Below, in pieces: positions 58,937 through 64,000 of a stretch of DNA of 64,000 nucleotides. The notes under the pieces are model-generated. The model worked only from the letters and a program-made list of their open reading frames with translations, searched no databases and was not told the DNA's origin. Position 1 is the first letter of the stretch; each line of letters starts with the position of its first letter. Source of the stretch: Serratia symbiotica (GTDB lineage Bacteria > Pseudomonadota > Gammaproteobacteria > Enterobacterales > Enterobacteriaceae); assembly GCA_011754105.1 (NCBI GenBank), contig JAAKDF010000001.1, forward strand, positions 16,282 through 80,281, written 5' to 3'. Position numbers and translations under genes: made by a program.

Positions 58937-59028
58937 CATGTGTATCGCCAAATCGGTATTTATCAGTGGGGGTTCACATGAGCAGTGATCCTGGCATAAG
59001 ACTCTCTTTATGATAGTTGAGAAACGAG

Positions 59029-59658
59029 ATGGCTAATAAAAAGCGATCTGCTAGCTCTAGTCGCTGGTTGCAAGAACACTTTAGTGATAGATATGTGCAG
59101 CAGGCGCAGAAAAAAAGGCTGCGTTCCCGTGCCTGGTTTAAAATTGATGAAATACAGCAAAGTGACAAACTGTTCAAATCGGGCATGACCATAGTTGACT
59201 TGGGGGCAGCGCCCGGTGGCTGGTCGCAATACCTCATTACCCAAATCGGCGGTGCAGGTCGCATCATTGCTTGTGATATTTTGCCTATGGAACCTATCTT
59301 TGGCGTTGATTTCCTTCAGGGAGATTTTCGTGATGAATTAGTGCTCAAAGCCCTGCTAGAACGTGTAGGTGAAAGTAAGGCTCAGGTGGTTATGTCTGAC
59401 ATGGCTCCGAATATGAGCGGCACCGCGGCCGTCGACATTCCAAGATCGATGTATCTGGTGGAATTAGCATTGGAGATGTGTCGTTATGTCCTTGCACCAG
59501 GCGGAAGTTTCCTGGTAAAGGTGTTTCAGGGAGATCGCTTTGACGATTACCTACGGGAAATTCGCTCCATGTTTACGAAGGTTAAGATTCGTAAGCCAGA
59601 CGCTTCCCGCTCCCGTTCGCGCGAAGTGTACATTGTAGCTATAGGGCGCAAGCTGTAG
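59029..59658 (+). CDS. rlmE: 23S rRNA (uridine2552-2'-O)-methyltransferase
   Basis: ORF 59017..59658. The start is taken at [20 protein letters not shown].., giving 209 aa as in E. coli RlmE/FtsJ. Confidence 0.95.
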   Translation: MANKKRSASSSRWLQEHFSDRYVQQAQKKRLRSRAWFKIDEIQQSDKLFKSGMTIVDLGAAPGGWSQYLITQIGGAGRIIACDILPMEPIFGVDFLQGDFRDELVLKALLERVGESKAQVVMSDMAPNMSGTAAVDIPRSMYLVELALEMCRYVLAPGGSFLVKVFQGDRFDDYLREIRSMFTKVKIRKPDASRSRSREVYIVAIGRKL

Positions 59659-59705
59659 TACCCTAACGCCGTTTGTTAACACAGTTGTAATATGAGGTTC
59701 ATCCC

Positions 59706-61634
59706 TTGAGTGACATGGCGAAAAACCTAATTCTCTGGTTAGTCATCGCAGTAGTATTGATGTCTGTATTCCAGAGTTTTGGGCCCAGCGAGTCGAATAG
59801 CCGTAAGGTAGATTACTCTACCTTCATGTCTGAACTGACCCAAGATCAGGTTCGCGCAGCGCGAATTAACGGACGCGAGATTAACGTTACCAAGAAAGAC
59901 AGTAGCAAATATAAGACTTACATCCCTGTCAATGATCCCAAGTTGCTGGATACGTTGTTAACTAAGAATGTAAAAGTTGTCGGTGAGCAGCCTGAAGAGC
60001 CGAGCTTGCTGGCCTCTATCTTTATTTCGTGGTTTCCGATGCTATTGCTGATCGGGGTTTGGATCTTCTTTATGCGCCAGATGCAAGGCGGTGTCGGTAA
60101 GGGCGCGCTATCCTTCGGCAAGAGCAAGGCTCGAATGCTGAGCGAAGATCAGATCAAGACCACTTTTGCTGATGTCGCCGGTTGTGATGAAGCTAAAGAA
60201 GAAGTGAGCGAACTGGTGGAATACCTGCGCGAACCCAGCCGTTTCCAAAAGCTGGGCGGCAAGATCCCTAAAGGCGTGCTGATGGTTGGCCCACCGGGGA
60301 CCGGTAAAACGCTCTTGGCAAAAGCAATCGCTGGAGAAGCAAAAGTCCCGTTTTTTACCATTTCCGGTTCTGACTTCGTGGAAATGTTTGTTGGTGTGGG
60401 GGCTTCCCGTGTGCGTGACATGTTCGAGCAGGCTAAAAAATCAGCACCTTGTATCATCTTCATTGATGAAATCGATGCCGTAGGTCGTCAACGTGGTGCC
60501 GGCCTGGGTGGCGGTCACGATGAACGTGAGCAGACCCTGAACCAAATGCTGGTGGAGATGGATGGTTTTGAAGGAAACGAAGGCATCATCGTCATCGCTG
60601 CAACCAACCGCCCTGACGTTCTTGATCCGGCGCTACTGCGTCCAGGTCGTTTTGACCGTCAGGTGGTTGTCGGCCTGCCAGATGTGCGCGGTCGTGAGCA
60701 GATCCTGAAGGTACATATGCGCCGTGTGCCGTTGGATGCTGATATCGATACCTTCGTAATTGCTCGAGGTACGCCAGGCTTCTCTGGTGCTGACTTAGCT
60801 AACCTGGTCAACGAGGCTGCATTGTTCACTGCCCGTAGCAACAAACGTGTAGTATCAATGGTTGAATTCGAAAAATCTAAAGACAAGATCATGATGGGTG
60901 CGGAACGTCGCTCCATGGTGATGACAGAAGCTCAGAAGGAATCGACCGCATATCATGAAGCAGGTCACGCTATAATCGGTCGTCTGGTACCAGAACACGA
61001 TCCAGTTCACAAGGTCACCATTATCCCTCGTGGCCGAACACTCGGCGTAACCTTCTTCCTGCCGGAAGGCGATGCAATCAGCGCCAGCCGGCAGAAGCTG
61101 GAGAGCCAAATCTCTACCCTTTATGGTGGCCGTCTGGCGGAAGATCTCATCTACGGGTCGGGAAATGTGTCTACTGGGGCGTCGAACGACATTAAAGTTG
61201 CGACCTCTATCGCCCGCAACATGGTGACTCAATGGGGCTTCTCTGAGAAACTAGGGCCTCTGTTGTATGCAGAAGAAGAGGGAGAAGTTTTCCTTGGCCG
61301 TTCCGTCGCCAAGTCTAAACACATGTCAGATGAAACCGCACGCATCATTGATCAGGAAGTAAAATCTCTAATTGAACACAACTATGTGCGCGCCCGTTCA
61401 CTGTTGATGGAAAATATGGACATCCTGCATTCAATGAAGAATGCACTGATGAAATATGAAACCATTGATGCGCTGCAGATCGACGATCTGATGAACCGCC
61501 AAGACGTACGTCCACCAGCGGGTTGGGACGATGAAAACAAAGGTAATGGCCCCAAAGCCGTCGGCACGCTAAAAGCGGCACTGCCGTCGGTAAACGAATC
61601 GCACACGAAAAGTCCAGACAATAACCATGTTTGA
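59706..61634 (+). CDS. ftsH: ATP-dependent zinc metalloprotease FtsH
   Basis: 642-aa ORF (TTG start) with two TM segments, an AAA+ module ([18 protein letters not shown].., DEIDAVGR) and HEAGH zinc motif. Confidence 0.98.
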   Translation: MSDMAKNLILWLVIAVVLMSVFQSFGPSESNSRKVDYSTFMSELTQDQVRAARINGREINVTKKDSSKYKTYIPVNDPKLLDTLLTKNVKVVGEQPEEPSLLASIFISWFPMLLLIGVWIFFMRQMQGGVGKGALSFGKSKARMLSEDQIKTTFADVAGCDEAKEEVSELVEYLREPSRFQKLGGKIPKGVLMVGPPGTGKTLLAKAIAGEAKVPFFTISGSDFVEMFVGVGASRVRDMFEQAKKSAPCIIFIDEIDAVGRQRGAGLGGGHDEREQTLNQMLVEMDGFEGNEGIIVIAATNRPDVLDPALLRPGRFDRQVVVGLPDVRGREQILKVHMRRVPLDADIDTFVIARGTPGFSGADLANLVNEAALFTARSNKRVVSMVEFEKSKDKIMMGAERRSMVMTEAQKESTAYHEAGHAIIGRLVPEHDPVHKVTIIPRGRTLGVTFFLPEGDAISASRQKLESQISTLYGGRLAEDLIYGSGNVSTGASNDIKVATSIARNMVTQWGFSEKLGPLLYAEEEGEVFLGRSVAKSKHMSDETARIIDQEVKSLIEHNYVRARSLLMENMDILHSMKNALMKYETIDALQIDDLMNRQDVRPPAGWDDENKGNGPKAVGTLKAALPSVNESHTKSPDNNHV

Positions 61635-61671
61635 ATAGTCTAACAAGACCCTTCTGCTTTGTGGTAAAATT

Positions 61672-61695
61672 AAACTCCGTCATACCGGAGTTTTT
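61672..61695 (+). terminator. rho-independent terminator after ftsH
   Basis: aaactccg-tcatac-cggagttt followed by ttt. Confidence 0.7.
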
Positions 61696-61746
61696 ACTGC
61701 CTGGTAGGCAGCTAACCAGGTATCAGTCAGGTGGATGATACCCACC

Positions 61747-61960
61747 ATACTTGAATACATTTGTGTTGGATACGCAGCTATTCGGTCTATCTGTGGGTGT
61801 CACCCCCTCAGGGCCGCTGCCTGCATGCCACGTTCAAATTTATTAGGAATCACATCCTTGTTACTTCCCTTGCGGCATTAAAATAGATTCCTGAGCGATT
61901 TGTACAGGCAGATTTGTTACCTCAGTGATTTACTTGAGTAAGTCCCTGGGGATTGATTAG
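61747..61960. repeat. degenerate ERIC-related repeat(s) in the ftsH-folP spacer
   Basis: 61747-61850 resembles the ERIC outer arms (atacttgaatacatttgtgttgg.. / ..gccgctgcctgcatgccacgttcaaatttattaggaat), and 61921-61960 resembles the ERIC core (cagtgatttacttgagtaagtccctggggattga). The arrangement is unclear. Confidence 0.4.
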
Positions 61961-62056
61961 GCCCCCCCTGCGGCCAGCGCAAGTGCTGCTCGGTTCTCGG
62001 CAGATTTATCACACTCATGTGGCTTTGATATCACTCCAATTATTTAGGGTATAGCC

Positions 62057-62893
62057 ATGCAGTTATCCGTACGCGACATGACGCTCAATCTCTCTCATCC
62101 GCAGGTGATGGGTATCCTCAACGTGACGCCGGATTCGTTTTCTGACGGTGGTCGTTATAACCAACTCAATCAGGCACTGTTGCATGCGCATGCGCTGATT
62201 TCGGCTGGTGCTACCATAATCGACGTGGGAGGCGAATCTACCCGTCCAGGGGCGTCAGAGGTCAGTGAGGATGAAGAGATTGTACGGGTGGTACCGGTAG
62301 TGGAGGCACTAGCGCAGCGTTTCGAGGTGTTTATCTCGGTTGACACATCTAAAGCGGGGGTAATCCGTGAGTCGGCACAGGTGGGAGTGCATCTAATTAA
62401 CGATATCCGCTCGTTGCAGGAACCAGGCGCGTTGGCTGCCGCTGCCGAAAGCAGCTTGCCAGTGTGCCTGATGCACATGCATGGGCAGCCACGCACTATG
62501 AATCAGGCACCGCATTACGATGACCTGATTGCTGATGTGAAGATGTTTTTTGAGCGTCATATCAAGCGATGCCATCATGCCGGGATAACAAATCAAAAAT
62601 TGCTGCTCGACCCAGGCTTCGGGTTTTGTAAAAATCTAGCACACAACTACCAGCTTCTGGCGCGGTTGTCGGAATTTCACCGCTTCGGTTTACCGCTGAT
62701 GGTGGGGATGTCACGTAAGTCGATGATTGGACAGCTATTGAACGTGCCGCCTGATCAACGCGTCATCGGAAGCGTGGTCTGCGCAGTAATCGCTGCGATG
62801 CAGGGCGTGCAGATTATCAGAGTGCATGACGTTAAAGAAACCGTCGAGGCGATGCGTGTCGTTAAGGCAACACTTTCAGCTATGGGACAGTAG
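62057..62893 (+). CDS. folP: dihydropteroate synthase
   Basis: 278-aa ORF ..[47 protein letters not shown].. Confidence 0.95.
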   Translation: MQLSVRDMTLNLSHPQVMGILNVTPDSFSDGGRYNQLNQALLHAHALISAGATIIDVGGESTRPGASEVSEDEEIVRVVPVVEALAQRFEVFISVDTSKAGVIRESAQVGVHLINDIRSLQEPGALAAAAESSLPVCLMHMHGQPRTMNQAPHYDDLIADVKMFFERHIKRCHHAGITNQKLLLDPGFGFCKNLAHNYQLLARLSEFHRFGLPLMVGMSRKSMIGQLLNVPPDQRVIGSVVCAVIAAMQGVQIIRVHDVKETVEAMRVVKATLSAMGQ

Positions 62894-62897
62894 AAAC

Positions 62898-64000
62898 ATG
62901 AGTGAGCGCAAATATTTTGGCACCGATGGTATTCGTGGCAAGGTCGGTGATAGCCCAATCACCCCGGACTTCGTGCTGAAACTGGGCTGGGCGGCCGGTA
63001 AAGTGCTGGCGCGTCACGGCTCTCGCAAAATTATCATCGGTAAGGATACCCGTATTTCCGGTTATATGCTGGAGTCCGCGCTGGAAGCTGGCTTAGCAGC
63101 CGCAGGGTTATCCGCTTCCTTCACCGGCCCGATGCCGACGCCGGCGGTAGCCTACCTGACACGTACTTTCCGCGCTGAAGCCGGCATCGTGATTTCTGCC
63201 TCTCACAACCTGTTCTACGATAACGGTATCAAGTTTTTCTCGATCGACGGGGCAAAGTTGCCGGATGACGTTGAGGAAGCGATTGAAGCTGAGATGGAAA
63301 ACCCGCTGACTTGTGTGCAGTCTTCTGAGTTGGGTAAAGCTAGCCGGATTATCGACGCCGCTGGCCGTTATATCGAATTCTGCAAGGGCACCTTCCCTAG
63401 TGAACTGAGCCTGAAGGGGCTGAAAATTGTAGTCGATTGCGCTAACGGCGCTACCTACCACATTGCGCCGAGCGTGTTGAGTGAGCTGGGGGCTACAGTG
63501 ATTGCCATCGGCGTCGCGCCGGATGGCATGAACATTAATGAAAAATGCGGTGCGACCGATATCTACCAGTTGCAGCAATCGGTGCTACAAGAAAAGGCGC
63601 ATCTTGGGTTGGCGTTTGACGGTGATGGAGATCGTGTAATGATGGTGGATCATTTAGGCAACAAGGTTGATGGAGACCAGATCCTGTATATCATTGCAAG
63701 GGAAGGACTCCGTCAAAGCCAGTTGCGCGGCGGTGCGGTCGGTACGCTGATGAGCAATATGGGGTTAGAGTTGGCGCTGAAGCAACTAGGTATCCCGTTT
63801 GCGCGCGCCAAAGTCGGTGATCGCTACGTGTTGGAAAAGCTGCAAGAACTGGGCTGGCGCATCGGCGCGGAGAACTCCGGCCATGTAATCCTGTTAGACA
63901 AAACCACGACCGGCGATGGCATTGTGGCTGGGTTGCAAGTGCTGACCGCGATGGTGAGTAATCACATGAGCCTGTATGATTTGTGCAGCGGAATGAAACT
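62898..64000 (+). CDS. glmM: phosphoglucosamine mutase, 5' part (continues beyond the window)
   Basis: The frame is open from the ATG at 62898 to the window end. [64 protein letters not shown].., following folP as in E. coli. Confidence 0.93.
   Translation, partial: MSERKYFGTDGIRGKVGDSPITPDFVLKLGWAAGKVLARHGSRKIIIGKDTRISGYMLESALEAGLAAAGLSASFTGPMPTPAVAYLTRTFRAEAGIVISASHNLFYDNGIKFFSIDGAKLPDDVEEAIEAEMENPLTCVQSSELGKASRIIDAAGRYIEFCKGTFPSELSLKGLKIVVDCANGATYHIAPSVLSELGATVIAIGVAPDGMNINEKCGATDIYQLQQSVLQEKAHLGLAFDGDGDRVMMVDHLGNKVDGDQILYIIAREGLRQSQLRGGAVGTLMSNMGLELALKQLGIPFARAKVGDRYVLEKLQELGWRIGAENSGHVILLDKTTTGDGIVAGLQVLTAMVSNHMSLYDLCSGMK

Overview
This 64-kb chromosomal window comes from a gammaproteobacterium of the order Enterobacterales. 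Proteins and local gene order follow E. coli/Yersinia/Serratia-type blocks:
- apaH-apaG-rsmA-pdxA-surA-lptD / djlA / rluA-rapA-polB
- tusE-serT
- icd / rluE
- chb-fur-fldA-ybfE
- yhdT-panF-prmA-dusB-fis
- slt-trpR-yjjX-gpmB-rob-creA..arcA
- fklB..rplI-rpsR-priB-rpsF
- rlmB-rnr-nsrR-purA-yjeT-hflC-hflK-hflX-hfq-miaA-mutL-amiB-tsaE-nnr
- obgE-dacB-greA-yhbY-rlmE-ftsH-folP-glmM

The dominant signal is reductive genome evolution of the kind seen in recently host-restricted symbionts (Sodalis- or Serratia-symbiotica-like). That lifestyle call is an inference, and I cannot name the species without a database search.

Content:
- About 35 housekeeping genes look intact.
- At least 22 genes are pseudogenes carrying multiple nonsense, frameshift or deletion lesions.
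- The syntenic blocks are stitched together by decayed mobile DNA: seven dead copies of one IS903-group (IS5 family) element, ranging from about 1.0 kb down to a 204-bp MITE-like relic, plus an IS256-family remnant, an IS66-family remnant and the 5' part of a group II intron next to tRNA-Ser.
- One full ERIC/IRU repeat and one degenerate copy are present.

I found no CRISPR array, no intact transposase, no prophage genes and no recognisable or candidate multi-gene defence or secretion system, so I do not claim a novel system.

The least ordinary observations are small-scale:
1. A 38-nt copy of an internal priB segment is inserted into the gpmB pseudogene, in the orientation that would be antisense to priB mRNA.
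2. Next to it, an 18-bp perfect palindrome looks like a quasipalindrome template-switch product.
3. Two IS copies share a 48-nt deletion that removes the first catalytic Asp of the transposase.
4. Target-site duplications survive only at IS copies that do not interrupt synteny.
5. Several very recent-looking lesions occur in obgE, nsrR, yjeT and fldA.

All orthologue comparisons are from memory of E. coli K-12 proteins, and no alignments or searches were run.
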